A stretch of DNA of 52,480 nucleotides from the NCBI GenBank assembly GCA_022361295.1, contig JAKSBD010000732.1:1-52480 (forward strand), given 5' to 3'. Each line of letters opens with the position of its first letter. Position 1 is the first letter of the stretch. Both the position numbers and the translations under genes were made by a program. Below, one piece after another: positions 20,604-30,124 of the stretch. Under the pieces are notes generated by a model. It was not told the DNA's origin. It searched no databases and saw only the letters and a list, made by a program, of their open reading frames with translations. Source of the stretch: Bacteroidales bacterium. Its GTDB lineage: Bacteria; Bacteroidota; Bacteroidia; Bacteroidales; Marinilabiliaceae.

Positions 20604-22514
20604 ATGATTCGATTATTAAGTTTTATACTATTAGCTCTTTTTGCTGGCAATGTTGAAGCTCAGGAAAATACTGTTTTAACCATTGGTGATAAGAAGTTTT
20701 CACTTGAGGAATTTGACTACATCTACAATAAGAATAACTCTTTAACGCAAGAACCGGTTAGCAAGACAGAATACGTTGACCTGTTTGTAAATTATAAACT
20801 AAAGGTTGAAGAGGCCATTGCACAGGGCTACGATACCGTTTCTTCGTTTAAAAGGGAGTTGGAATACTACCGAAATGAACTGGCTAAACCATACCTGACC
20901 GACAAAAAAGCGACCGATGAGGTGGTGAAAGAGGCATATGAACATATGCTTTACGAAGTGGATGCTTCTCATATTTTAGTTGAACTGGATAAATCGCCAA
21001 CACCTGAAGATACACTAAAGGCCTGGGAAAAAATAGCAGCTATTAAAGCACGACTTGATAAAGGTGAAGATTTTGGAGAATTGGCTGTTAAGCTATCTGA
21101 AGGGCCTTCGGCTCCCAATAAAGGACATCTGGGGTATTTTGGCGCATTTATGATGGTTTATCCATTTGAAGAAGCGGCCTACAATACCACGGTAGGACAG
21201 GTGTCTGAAATTACCCGCACAGCTTTTGGTTATCACCTTATAAAAGTACACGACAAACGTAAAAATAAAGGTGAGATATTAGTGGCGCATATTATGAAAG
21301 CCTTTCCATATCAGGCTAGTCCAATCATTCAAAACCAATCAAAAATTGCCATCGACTCAATCTACCAAAAGCTTCTGAATGGTGAATCATTCAATGCCAT
21401 GGTAGCCCAATTTTCAGATGATAAACAAACAGTGGCCAATAATGGTAAATTGCCGTGGTTTGGAACAGGACGAATGGTGCCTGAATTTAGTGATGCTGCC
21501 TTTGCCTTGGAGAATGATGGAGATATATCAGAGCCGGTAAAAACAAAGTTTGGCTGGCATATTATTAAGCGGATTGACGTGAGACCAGTAAAATCACTTG
21601 ATGAATGTCGTGATGAGGTGTTGCAGAAAATAAAGCGCGATGAAAGAGCTTTTGCAGGTAAAAAAGCGACCATTGAACGCCTAAAAAAGGAATATAACTA
21701 TGCCATTAATGAACAGGATTATAAACAACTAAAGTCCCTGGTTATTAATGGAAGCAAGAAGGAGAAAGCAGTATTTATAGAACAGCTGCAAAATGCCGGA
21801 TTACAACCCGCCTCGTTTGATACTATAAAAATTAGCTCTGCAGATTTTGCTAATGAGGCATTTCCTTTTAATATTCCATCTGCAGGATTAACAGATGCTC
21901 ATTTTATACAAATATGGAACGATTATATAGATAATCAATTGATTGAGCATGAAAAAGCGAATCTTGAAAATAAGTACCCTGAGTTTAGGTTCCTGATGAA
22001 TGAATATCACGATGGATTGTTAATCTTCGAAATCAGTCAAAAAGAAGTATGGAACAAAGCATCAAATGATAGCATTGGTCTGGCCCGTTACTATGAACAG
22101 AACAAAAACAGTTACGTGCTGGATGAGCACTTTAGTGGACGATTGTTTTATTGTAAAGATAAACAGACATATAAACATCTAAAGAAAGAACTCAAGAAAA
22201 CCACTGAATTGATAGTTGATTCACTGGCACCTTCTTTAGCAAAAGAAATAAAGGAAAAGGAAGGCCGCTTTTTTAAAGGTGATGAACCAATGTTGGACGC
22301 ACAGGTATGGAAAAAGAAGGGTGTTGCTATTGATACTACTTACCCTTATTTATTAACTTTAGGAGAGAAAAAAGAAAAAAGTATTCAACCTTTAAGTGAA
22401 GTTCGTGGTCGGGTAATTTCAGATTATCAGGAAGAACTGGAACATAATTGGATACAGGAATTAAAGCAAAAATTCAATCCAGAGCTTAACACTTTTGTTT
22501 TTAATAAACAATAA
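20604..22514 (+). CDS. Periplasmic parvulin-type peptidyl-prolyl isomerase with two rotamase domains
   Basis: Signal peptide; ASHIL...MVYPFEEAAY...FGYHLIK and AHIM...MVPEF...FGWHIIK. Confidence 0.92.
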   Translation: MIRLLSFILLALFAGNVEAQENTVLTIGDKKFSLEEFDYIYNKNNSLTQEPVSKTEYVDLFVNYKLKVEEAIAQGYDTVSSFKRELEYYRNELAKPYLTDKKATDEVVKEAYEHMLYEVDASHILVELDKSPTPEDTLKAWEKIAAIKARLDKGEDFGELAVKLSEGPSAPNKGHLGYFGAFMMVYPFEEAAYNTTVGQVSEITRTAFGYHLIKVHDKRKNKGEILVAHIMKAFPYQASPIIQNQSKIAIDSIYQKLLNGESFNAMVAQFSDDKQTVANNGKLPWFGTGRMVPEFSDAAFALENDGDISEPVKTKFGWHIIKRIDVRPVKSLDECRDEVLQKIKRDERAFAGKKATIERLKKEYNYAINEQDYKQLKSLVINGSKKEKAVFIEQLQNAGLQPASFDTIKISSADFANEAFPFNIPSAGLTDAHFIQIWNDYIDNQLIEHEKANLENKYPEFRFLMNEYHDGLLIFEISQKEVWNKASNDSIGLARYYEQNKNSYVLDEHFSGRLFYCKDKQTYKHLKKELKKTTELIVDSLAPSLAKEIKEKEGRFFKGDEPMLDAQVWKKKGVAIDTTYPYLLTLGEKKEKSIQPLSEVRGRVISDYQEELEHNWIQELKQKFNPELNTFVFNKQ

Positions 22515-22551
22515 TATATTTTAGCCAAAATAAGATCAATTAATTTAAGGA

Positions 22552-23409
22552 ATGAAAAGGTATTCTAAGGGCATATCGGTAATTGTTATTTTGGCAATAT
22601 TAACTTTTGTTGGTTGCAATGGCAATGGCGAAAAAGTAGATGAACCATTGGTTAAAATCAACGAAAAAGTGTTGACAAAAGGAAAGTTGTCGGATGCTGT
22701 ACCCAATAGCTTATCAAAAGATGATAGTGTCATTTTTGCGCAGGATTATATTAACCGCTGGATACGTTCAGAACTTTTACTGGGAAAAGCAGAATTAAAC
22801 CTGACTCCTGAAGAAAAGGATGTGGCTGCATTAATGGAGGAATACCGTCGTTCACTACTTATTCATCAGTATCAGCAGAAAATGCTGGAACAAAAATACA
22901 GCCCCCTGATTACAGGTTCTGAAATAAGGAAGTATTACACCGAGATGGAAGATAACTTTATGTTATCAGAGCCTATTATTAAAGGTATATTTGTAATAGT
23001 ACCTAAATCAGCACCAAATATCGGGGATATAAAGAACTGGTATCGTTCTGATAATTCAGAAGATATTGTAAAACTTGAAGCTTACTGTTTTCAGAATGCA
23101 AAGAAATATGAGGTGTTTCTTGACCATTGGCTAACGTTTGATGAAATAAACAAGCGTTTGCCCGAAAGTATTAACAGAACAGAGCGATTCATTAAAAACA
23201 ATACATATCATCATACAACAGATTCTTTGTATCAGTATTTTCTTTCAATTAAGGAATTTAAGCTAAGTAATGAAGTGGCTCCACTTGAATTTGTTGAGTC
23301 AAAGATTAAAGCCATTTTACTCAATAAAAAACGTCTTGAGTTTATAAAACAGTTGGAAAGTGATTTGTACGAAGAAGCACTAAAAAATAAGAACATTACT
23401 TTTTATTAG
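22552..23409 (+). CDS. PPIase-cluster lipoprotein (SurA-associated)
   Basis: Lipobox FVGC; usual middle gene of the Bacteroidota PPIase-surA cluster. Confidence 0.75.
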   Translation: MKRYSKGISVIVILAILTFVGCNGNGEKVDEPLVKINEKVLTKGKLSDAVPNSLSKDDSVIFAQDYINRWIRSELLLGKAELNLTPEEKDVAALMEEYRRSLLIHQYQQKMLEQKYSPLITGSEIRKYYTEMEDNFMLSEPIIKGIFVIVPKSAPNIGDIKNWYRSDNSEDIVKLEAYCFQNAKKYEVFLDHWLTFDEINKRLPESINRTERFIKNNTYHHTTDSLYQYFLSIKEFKLSNEVAPLEFVESKIKAILLNKKRLEFIKQLESDLYEEALKNKNITFY

Positions 23410-23668
23410 CCTTAATCGGGACGTTGGACTGGCTCAAATTTTACATACGCGATTGACAAGAGGTATATTCTCTCCGGTCATCAAACAATGTATTGAGGGG
23501 ATTAGTGTTATTGATATAAAGCTCACAATTTATTAAAAGTGCAGAGTATTAAGTTTTTTTTGATGCCTTATCCAATATAAGTATGAAAAAGTGATGAATC
23601 ATTTAAAACATAAGCTTGTTAGGCACTAAAAATTGATTAACTCTTTACAATAGGAGGAAAAAATTATG

Positions 23669-23676
23669 TAGGTTTG
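23669..23676 (+). promoter_or_regulatory. -7 promoter element upstream of surA
   Basis: TAGGTTTG matches TAnnTTTG. Confidence 0.45.
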
Positions 23677-23769
23677 CATTTGCCTTAAATGATGCATTAT
23701 TATTGGAGAGATAATAAACAGGCAATGCATCTGAACGATTAGATGATAAAGAATAAGAAATTACTGAAT

Positions 23770-25128
23770 ATGAAGCAATTCTTTAAAATAAGTATACTAC
23801 TATTTTCAATATTTTTCTCTTTAAGTACACTACAGGCCCAAAACAATGTGATTGATGAGGTAATTGCTGTAGTTGGTGATAACGCAATTCTGAAATCGGA
23901 TATTGAACACCAGTATGAGCAGGCCCTGGTTGAAGGTGCCAACTATCAGGGAGACTTAAAGTGTCACTTGTTTGAGCAGGCACTGATCAGTAAATTGTTG
24001 TTGAATCAGGCTAAGTTGGACAGTGTTGAGGTTGGTGAAAACGAGGTTGTTAACCAGGTTGACCAACGTATCAATTATTTTATTCAGCAAATTGGTGATA
24101 AAGAAAAACTGGAAGAGTACTTTAATAAGTCATTGTTGCAAATAAAACGCGACCAGATGGAGATGGTGCGCACTCAAATGTTAACCCAGCGTATGCAGCA
24201 GGAAATTACAAAAGACATTAATGTAACCACTGCTGATATCAGAGGATATTACCGTAATCTTCCAAAAGATAGTTTACCAATGGTGCCAACTCAGTATGAG
24301 TTGCAGCAAATCGTTCTACACCCGCGTGTTGAGCAAAAAGAAATTGACAGGGTGAAAGCACAGCTTCGCGATTTTCAAAAGCAGGTTAATGAAGGAAGAG
24401 ACTTTGCGACCCTGGCAGTATTATACTCAGAAGATAAGGGGTCAGCGACACGTGGTGGCGAGCTGGGCTGGATGCCTCGTTCTGGATTAGTACCTGAATT
24501 TGCCAGTGTTGCTTTTAATATGCAGGATAAAAAGAAGGTCTCTAAAATTGTTGAAACTGAATTTGGTTTCCATATCATACAGTTAATTGACCGTAAAGGT
24601 GAGCGTATCAATTGTCGCCATATCCTTATTAAACCAAAGGTAAACGAGGAAGCTAAAAAAGAAGCTCAGGCAAGCCTGGATACTATCAGAGGCTTAATCA
24701 CCGATGGTACGATGTCATTTGAAGAAGCGGCTTTACGTTTTTCAATGGATAAAGATTCACGAACCAGTGGTGGTCAAATGGTAAATCCACAAACAGGAAC
24801 TGCTAAGTTTGAGATGGCTCAAATACCTGTTGCGATTAATAAAGAATTACAAGCAATGAACGAGGGCGACATCTCACCAACGTTTTTTATGCTGGATGAG
24901 CGCAAAGGAAAAGAAACGTTTAGATTGGTTAAGCTAAAGCGTAAATCAGATCCGCATAAGGCTAGCCTTAAAGAAGATTATGAGTTGCTTCGCTCAATGC
25001 TCGAAAATAGTATGCGACAAGAAACATTAGATACCTGGATCAAGGATAAGCAAGCAGAGACTTATATAACGATTGATAAAAGTTGGGTTAACTGTGACTT
25101 TGAATACGACAACTGGGTTAAAAAGTAA
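23770..25128 (+). CDS. surA: SurA-like chaperone / peptidyl-prolyl isomerase
   Basis: IDEVIAVVGD..IL.SD N-domain, rotamase YSED.GSA..GGELG and FGFHIIQ; start 23770 or 23743. Confidence 0.85.
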   Translation: MKQFFKISILLFSIFFSLSTLQAQNNVIDEVIAVVGDNAILKSDIEHQYEQALVEGANYQGDLKCHLFEQALISKLLLNQAKLDSVEVGENEVVNQVDQRINYFIQQIGDKEKLEEYFNKSLLQIKRDQMEMVRTQMLTQRMQQEITKDINVTTADIRGYYRNLPKDSLPMVPTQYELQQIVLHPRVEQKEIDRVKAQLRDFQKQVNEGRDFATLAVLYSEDKGSATRGGELGWMPRSGLVPEFASVAFNMQDKKKVSKIVETEFGFHIIQLIDRKGERINCRHILIKPKVNEEAKKEAQASLDTIRGLITDGTMSFEEAALRFSMDKDSRTSGGQMVNPQTGTAKFEMAQIPVAINKELQAMNEGDISPTFFMLDERKGKETFRLVKLKRKSDPHKASLKEDYELLRSMLENSMRQETLDTWIKDKQAETYITIDKSWVNCDFEYDNWVKK

Positions 25129-25153
25129 GTAACTCACTACACGATATTGAAAA

Positions 25154-25188
25154 GGCTCCGAAACAACTTCTGTTTTGGAGTTTTTTTT
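25154..25188 (+). terminator. Intrinsic terminator after surA
   Basis: GGCTCCGAAACA-N5-TGTTTTGGAGTT with a T8 run. Confidence 0.8.
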
Positions 25189-25299
25189 ATTGACAAAGTT
25201 TTAATAATAAATTAGCCGCAAAATATTTGTTTTTAGTGGTTTCGAGCTTAGAATCATTAAAAACTGGCCGTTATATTATTATCAACGCAGAAAATTCAC

Positions 25300-25307
25300 T
25301 ACTTTTG
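25300..25307 (+). promoter_or_regulatory. -7 promoter element
   Basis: TACTTTTG, 22 nt before the GTG at 25330. Confidence 0.5.
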
Positions 25308-25329
25308 AGTTATTGCAATCAAGTGAAGT

Positions 25330-25629
25330 GTGAAACGAGTAACCTATAAGTATAGAAACTCCCATTTAGAAGCTTATTTTTGGTTTATCGCCCTTGTTTC
25401 ACTAGCATTATCTTCACCTGATAAAGCGACGCATTACACTCTTTGTATTTTTAAAAACCTTGGGTTTGACTTTTGTCCAGGATGTGGTTTAGGCCGTGGT
25501 ATTACCTTCCTGTTTCATGGGCAATTTGTTGAGTCGTGGCAATCTCATCCGCTGGCTTTGCTGGCTGTGATTGTTTTGTTATACAGAGTTTTTAAATTAT
25601 TAAAGAAAGACATAAACTTTACAACATAA
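25330..25629 (+). CDS. DUF2752 domain membrane protein
   Basis: LC.F..LG...CPGCGLGR motif. Confidence 0.85.
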   Translation: MKRVTYKYRNSHLEAYFWFIALVSLALSSPDKATHYTLCIFKNLGFDFCPGCGLGRGITFLFHGQFVESWQSHPLALLAVIVLLYRVFKLLKKDINFTT

Positions 25630-25630
25630 A

Positions 25631-25984
25631 ATGGATGCTATGAACAAAATTTACACCTTATTACCTGAAGTTGAAGGAGAAGAAGCTATTTTTCTTGATT
25701 CTCTTTTAAAAGATATGAATGAAGAACAAGCGCAAAATTTTATTCTTATCTATCGCGGTCGTCGTAAAGATCCACAAACGATTTTATTAACAGCCTTATT
25801 GGGATTTTTTGGTTTTGCAGGTATTCACCGTTTCTTTATTAACCATATCGGAATGGGAATATTATATTTCTTTACTGCCGGATTGTGTTTTATTGGAACC
25901 ATTGTTGATCTGGTAAACCATAAAAATCTTGCTTTTGAGCATAATCAGCAGGTAGCTCGTGAAATTAAAGTATTGATAAATTAA
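25631..25984 (+). CDS. TM2 domain membrane protein
   Basis: G.AGIHRFF....GMGILYFFT.G...IG..VD. Confidence 0.88.
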   Translation: MDAMNKIYTLLPEVEGEEAIFLDSLLKDMNEEQAQNFILIYRGRRKDPQTILLTALLGFFGFAGIHRFFINHIGMGILYFFTAGLCFIGTIVDLVNHKNLAFEHNQQVAREIKVLIN

Positions 25985-26706
25985 TCATCATCAAAGATAA
26001 AAGGTAAAGCTCCATTTTGTGGAGCTTTTGTTTTTTCCTTGTATTTGATGGCTTTTATCTTTTCTTCAGGATAAGGACTTATCAGACTTTTTATATTCTC
26101 TTTATTTGTAGATTGAAGCCAGTCTTCCTGCTTCTCTTCACCTAGTATTAGTGGCATTCGTGCCTCTTTCAGCCTTGGGTTATTATGGATTTTAGCCATT
26201 AACTCATTGGCAGTTGTAGTGACAATACTACAAGTGTTAAGCTTCTCTTCAGTATCAGGATTTAACCATTCGCTCCATAAACCCGCAAGCATCAGCGGCT
26301 CATCATCATGTGATGAAATGTAAAAGGGTATGGTTGTTTGGTTAAGATGATGAAACTCGTAAAAACCGGCAACTGGTATTAAGCAACGTTTATGTGTGGC
26401 CGAATCTCTGAACGAAGGCTTTTCAAATAAGCTTTCAGCTCTGGCATTTAAGGTTTTATTCCAGATATTGTGGGCTTGTTTGATATCTTTTGCCCAGTGC
26501 GGTATTAATCCCCAATGAGAAAGAATAGGATGATACGGTTCTTCATTGGTGTAAATAATTATTTCAGGATGAGTAAAGCCAGATACTTTTTCAAAGTCTT
26601 TGAAGTTTTTTAGCTCCTGTTCATAGCGGATAATATCTTCTTTAACACCATAATGCCTTGCTCTTTTAAGGGCTTTCTCAATCAGGTATTTGGCCGTATA
26701 GCACAT
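25981..26706 (-). CDS. SOS response-associated peptidase (SRAP/HMCES/YedK family)
   Basis: N-terminal Cys2 (MCY), WGLIPHW, NARAE, RCLIP..GFYE, IHN...RMPLIL. Confidence 0.92.
   Translation of the reverse strand: MCYTAKYLIEKALKRARHYGVKEDIIRYEQELKNFKDFEKVSGFTHPEIIIYTNEEPYHPILSHWGLIPHWAKDIKQAHNIWNKTLNARAESLFEKPSFRDSATHKRCLIPVAGFYEFHHLNQTTIPFYISSHDDEPLMLAGLWSEWLNPDTEEKLNTCSIVTTTANELMAKIHNNPRLKEARMPLILGEEKQEDWLQSTNKENIKSLISPYPEEKIKAIKYKEKTKAPQNGALPFIFDDD
26006..26036 (+). terminator. Plus-strand terminator embedded in the 3' end of the antisense SRAP gene
   Basis: AAAGCTCCA-N5-TGGAGCTTT followed by TGTTTTTT. Confidence 0.6.
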
Positions 26707-26800
26707 CTGTTTAGTTTAAATTACTAACAGACAAGTATTCAGAATTGTTGATTCAGCAGCTAATAACCTGAGGTCGAAATTTAATGTCGAACTCAGGCCA

Positions 26801-26827
26801 ATAAAAAATCCGCCTGTAGAGCGGATT
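26801..26827 (-). terminator. Intrinsic terminator after the small Cys/His protein
   Basis: AATCCGC-N7-GCGGATT with a minus-strand U tract. Confidence 0.65.
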
Positions 26828-26839
26828 CTTTACGATCAA

Positions 26840-27034
26840 TTATTTACAACACTGGCACTTTTCGATACGCCATTGCGGAAATTGGTCGATGGTATAATTA
26901 TAAAGACCATCTGACGAATAGAACTCTCCCAAAAGCAGACAGGTGTCAATTCTCGGCATAGTCTGACATCCAGCCTTATGGATCGTTCGTATCCCGCTTT
27001 TTGATAATTTATAATCCAGATAATATGTCTTCAT
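26840..27034 (-). CDS. Small hypothetical protein, putative metal-binding (HxxxC...CxxC)
   Basis: 64 aa, A-rich upstream region, own terminator; IHKAGC..MP...LGEF...CQCC. Confidence 0.6.
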   Translation of the reverse strand: MKTYYLDYKLSKSGIRTIHKAGCQTMPRIDTCLLLGEFYSSDGLYNYTIDQFPQWRIEKCQCCK

Positions 27035-27081
27035 TTTTTGCCTTTTACAAGTAATACCAAATGGATGTAATATTGGTATAA

Positions 27082-27726
27082 CTAACTGATGATACTTACA
27101 CGTTTTAACCCTCTCAGATTAAGTATTTTTATGGTCTCCTTATTCATGTCAATCAGGTTCTCACGTAAGAAATCATTCAGAGACCGGCTTACCGACTCTT
27201 TAGATGTACCAATCCAGTTGGCCATATCAGTGCGTGAAATACGGATAGGAAAGTCATGACCTTCTTCAACATCAAATAGCTCCATTTGTTTAACCAAAAT
27301 GTTCGCAGCTCTGCCTCTCACTGTTTTCTGACTCATGTCTATAATTGAGGTACAAGCTTCTTTAATTTCTGTGCAGGCTTTCTGAAGCATCATAAATGCC
27401 AGGTTGCTGTCGGCTTTAAAAGCATTTTGCAGGCTATCATCAGATAGTTCGCAAAGAATTGAATTAACCATACACTCACAACCTGTAATCTCAGGTTCAT
27501 TTGTAAATTGAGAATAATAGCCAACAATTTCTCCCTCACGTACCATCCGTACTATTTGTTTATTTCCTTTGGCACCAACGCTATAAAGCTTAACCATACC
27601 TTTTTTTACAAGGTATGCCGTTTTGGCTTTGCTGTTGGCATTGTAAACAACGTCACCAGTTTGGAACATCGAACATTTGTCAAACGAAGTGAATGCCTGA
27701 CTGCTGTTATTCATCACACTTTCCAT
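27082..27726 (-). CDS. Crp/Fnr family transcriptional regulator
   Basis: cNMP-binding beta-roll (KGMVK..GEIVG) and HTH SRTDMANWIGTSKESVSR. Confidence 0.92.
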   Translation of the reverse strand: MESVMNNSSQAFTSFDKCSMFQTGDVVYNANSKAKTAYLVKKGMVKLYSVGAKGNKQIVRMVREGEIVGYYSQFTNEPEITGCECMVNSILCELSDDSLQNAFKADSNLAFMMLQKACTEIKEACTSIIDMSQKTVRGRAANILVKQMELFDVEEGHDFPIRISRTDMANWIGTSKESVSRSLNDFLRENLIDMNKETIKILNLRGLKRVSIIS

Positions 27727-27887
27727 TTTACTCCATTTTTCAGATTTGTTTTTATAAGGGTAGAGTTTAAAGAAAGAGGCACTTGATATCGCCAGATGAG
27801 CACCTCTTAACTTAAACCTTTTGTATTGATATAGACACCTTATTGGATGAAATGGGTGACAATGACATGTGATTTTTAAAATAAAAA

Positions 27888-27912
27888 AAGGAAACCATGA
27901 TTGGTTTCCTTT
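27888..27912 (-). terminator. Intrinsic terminator after tex
   Basis: AAAGGAAACCA-TGAT-TGGTTTCCTTT with a minus-strand U tract. Confidence 0.8.
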
Positions 27913-27934
27913 ACTAATGCGAGCTTTATATTCT

Positions 27935-30055
27935 TTATAAGTCTTTCATGCTTAGTTGTATGCGTTTTCTGATTCGGTCAACTTCAACCACTTTAACTTT
28001 AACCTGTTGTTGTAGTTTTACAATTTCATTTGGATCGCTAACATACTTGTTGGCTAACTGAGAAATATGAACCAGACCGTCCTGCTTAACCCCAATGTCA
28101 ACAAAAGCACCAAAATTGGTAATGTTAGTTACCAGACCGGGTAAAACCATTCCTTCGTACAAATCTTCAATGGAATAGATGCCTTCAGCAAATTCAAAGG
28201 TCTTGATTTCACTGCGGGGGTCACGTCCTGGCTTGTCTAGTTCTTTCAATATATCGTTAAGAGTTGGTAAGCCAAACTTGTCGGATACATAACTGTTTAG
28301 GTTGATCTTATCCCGAAGCAATTTATTGTCAATCAAATCTTTGATGTTACATCCTAAGTCTGCAGCCATTTGTTTAACAACTTTATAAGCTTCGGGGTGC
28401 ACTGCTGTATTATCCAGAGGATTTTTAGCATCGTTTATACGTAAAAAACCTGCTGCTTGTTCAAAGGCTTTGGCGCCCAGGCGTGGTACTTTCTTCAGTT
28501 TATCGCGCGAATCAAATGCCCCGTTTTCAGCTCTGTAATCAACGATATTTTGTGCCAGCTGTGGTCCTAAACCCGAAACGTAAGTTAGCAAATGCTTACT
28601 TGCTGTATTTAAGTTAACACCTACTGAGTTAACGCATGATTCAACAACTGTATCTAAAGATTTTTTCAATTGAGTTTGGTCCACATCATGCTGGTATTGT
28701 CCCACACCAATAGATTTAGGGTCAATCTTAACCAGTTCAGCCAATGGATCCATTAAGCGGCGCCCAATGGAGACGGCACCACGAACTGTCACATCATAAT
28801 CAGGAAACTCATCACGAGCAGCTTTGCCCGCCGAATAGACAGATGCACCATCCTCACTCACAACGTAAATATCTACCTTATTTTTAAAGCGAAGACCTTT
28901 GGCAAAAGCCTCTGTTTCGCGTGATGCTGTTCCGTTACCGATGGCAATGGCTTCAATTTGGTGCTTATCAACTAAAGATGTAATTATATTAGCAGATTTT
29001 TGGTATTCGTTCTGCGGGGCATGAGGGTAAATCGTACTGTTTTCTTTTAGGTTGCCCTGAGCATCAAGACAAACAACTTTACATCCTGTTCTGTAACCCG
29101 GATCAAGTGCTAATACGCGCTTTTGCCCAAGGGGAGAGGCCAGAAGCAATTGGCGAAGATTCTCAGCGAAGACTTTAATGGCTTCAGTGTCTGACTTTTC
29201 GGCGAACAGATTGTTGAACTCAGTTTCAATCGAAGGAGATAAAAGACGTTTGTATGCATCAGCAACAGCCTCGGCCACCTGTTCAGATGCACTGGTATTG
29301 CCTTTTACAAAAAAGCGATCTAAACGGCTGATGCAGTTCTCTGCATCCGGTGAAAGTGAGAGTTTTAAAAATCCTTCTTTTTCACCTCGTCTCATTGCCA
29401 TAAAACGATGGGAAGGGCAGCGCTTAAGTGGTTCACTCCACTCATAATAGTCCTTGTATTTAATGGCTTCTTCTTCCTTGCCTTTTACCACTTTAGAAGT
29501 TATAATTGCCTCTTTGTCAAAGATAGAACGTACAATTTCACGTCCAACCTTATGCTCGTTAACCCATTCAGCAATAATGTCGCGTGCACCTTGTAAGGCT
29601 TCATCAGTATCAGCTACCTTATCATTGATAAAGGATGCTGCACGACCTTCAATATCACGCTCATATTGTTTCATTATTATTTTAGCAAGGGGTTCCAGAC
29701 CTTTTTCTCTTGCTTTAACCGCCCGTGTTTTACGTTTGGGTTTAAAGGGCAGATATATATCTTCTAACTCAGTTAAATTGAATGTTTCTTCAATTTTCTT
29801 TTTTAATTCGGCGCTTAAAACATTCTGCTCGTCCATGGATTTCAGAATAGTTTCTTTACGCTTTTCAATTTCCTGTAGCTTTTCGTAACGCTCTTTTATA
29901 TTTCCAACCTGTAATTCATCCAGGCTTCCTGTCATTTCCTTTCTGTATCGGCTGATAAAAGGAATGGTTGCTCCTTCATCGAGCAGGGCAATGGTGTTTT
30001 GGACACTTTTTAAAGAAATATTAAGTTCGGACGCAATGATCTGGCTTAACTGCAT
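27935..30055 (-). CDS. tex: Tex family RNA-binding transcription accessory protein
   Basis: GATIPFISRYRKE, LDPGYRTGCK, IGVGQYQHDV, HhH and C-terminal S1 domain. Confidence 0.95.
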   Translation of the reverse strand: MQLSQIIASELNISLKSVQNTIALLDEGATIPFISRYRKEMTGSLDELQVGNIKERYEKLQEIEKRKETILKSMDEQNVLSAELKKKIEETFNLTELEDIYLPFKPKRKTRAVKAREKGLEPLAKIIMKQYERDIEGRAASFINDKVADTDEALQGARDIIAEWVNEHKVGREIVRSIFDKEAIITSKVVKGKEEEAIKYKDYYEWSEPLKRCPSHRFMAMRRGEKEGFLKLSLSPDAENCISRLDRFFVKGNTSASEQVAEAVADAYKRLLSPSIETEFNNLFAEKSDTEAIKVFAENLRQLLLASPLGQKRVLALDPGYRTGCKVVCLDAQGNLKENSTIYPHAPQNEYQKSANIITSLVDKHQIEAIAIGNGTASRETEAFAKGLRFKNKVDIYVVSEDGASVYSAGKAARDEFPDYDVTVRGAVSIGRRLMDPLAELVKIDPKSIGVGQYQHDVDQTQLKKSLDTVVESCVNSVGVNLNTASKHLLTYVSGLGPQLAQNIVDYRAENGAFDSRDKLKKVPRLGAKAFEQAAGFLRINDAKNPLDNTAVHPEAYKVVKQMAADLGCNIKDLIDNKLLRDKINLNSYVSDKFGLPTLNDILKELDKPGRDPRSEIKTFEFAEGIYSIEDLYEGMVLPGLVTNITNFGAFVDIGVKQDGLVHISQLANKYVSDPNEIVKLQQQVKVKVVEVDRIRKRIQLSMKDL

Positions 30056-30124
30056 AATAACGTGACTAATTAGTTTGCTGTTAGTTAGGTGTCGAAGAAA
30101 GTAATTCGGATCAATCGAATGTGA

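Noticed and set aside
29454-29888. Antisense and nested ORFs of 60-144 aa (this one opposite tex, and many similar in the track)
   Set aside because: Shadow frames of well-supported genes with no independent motifs or signals
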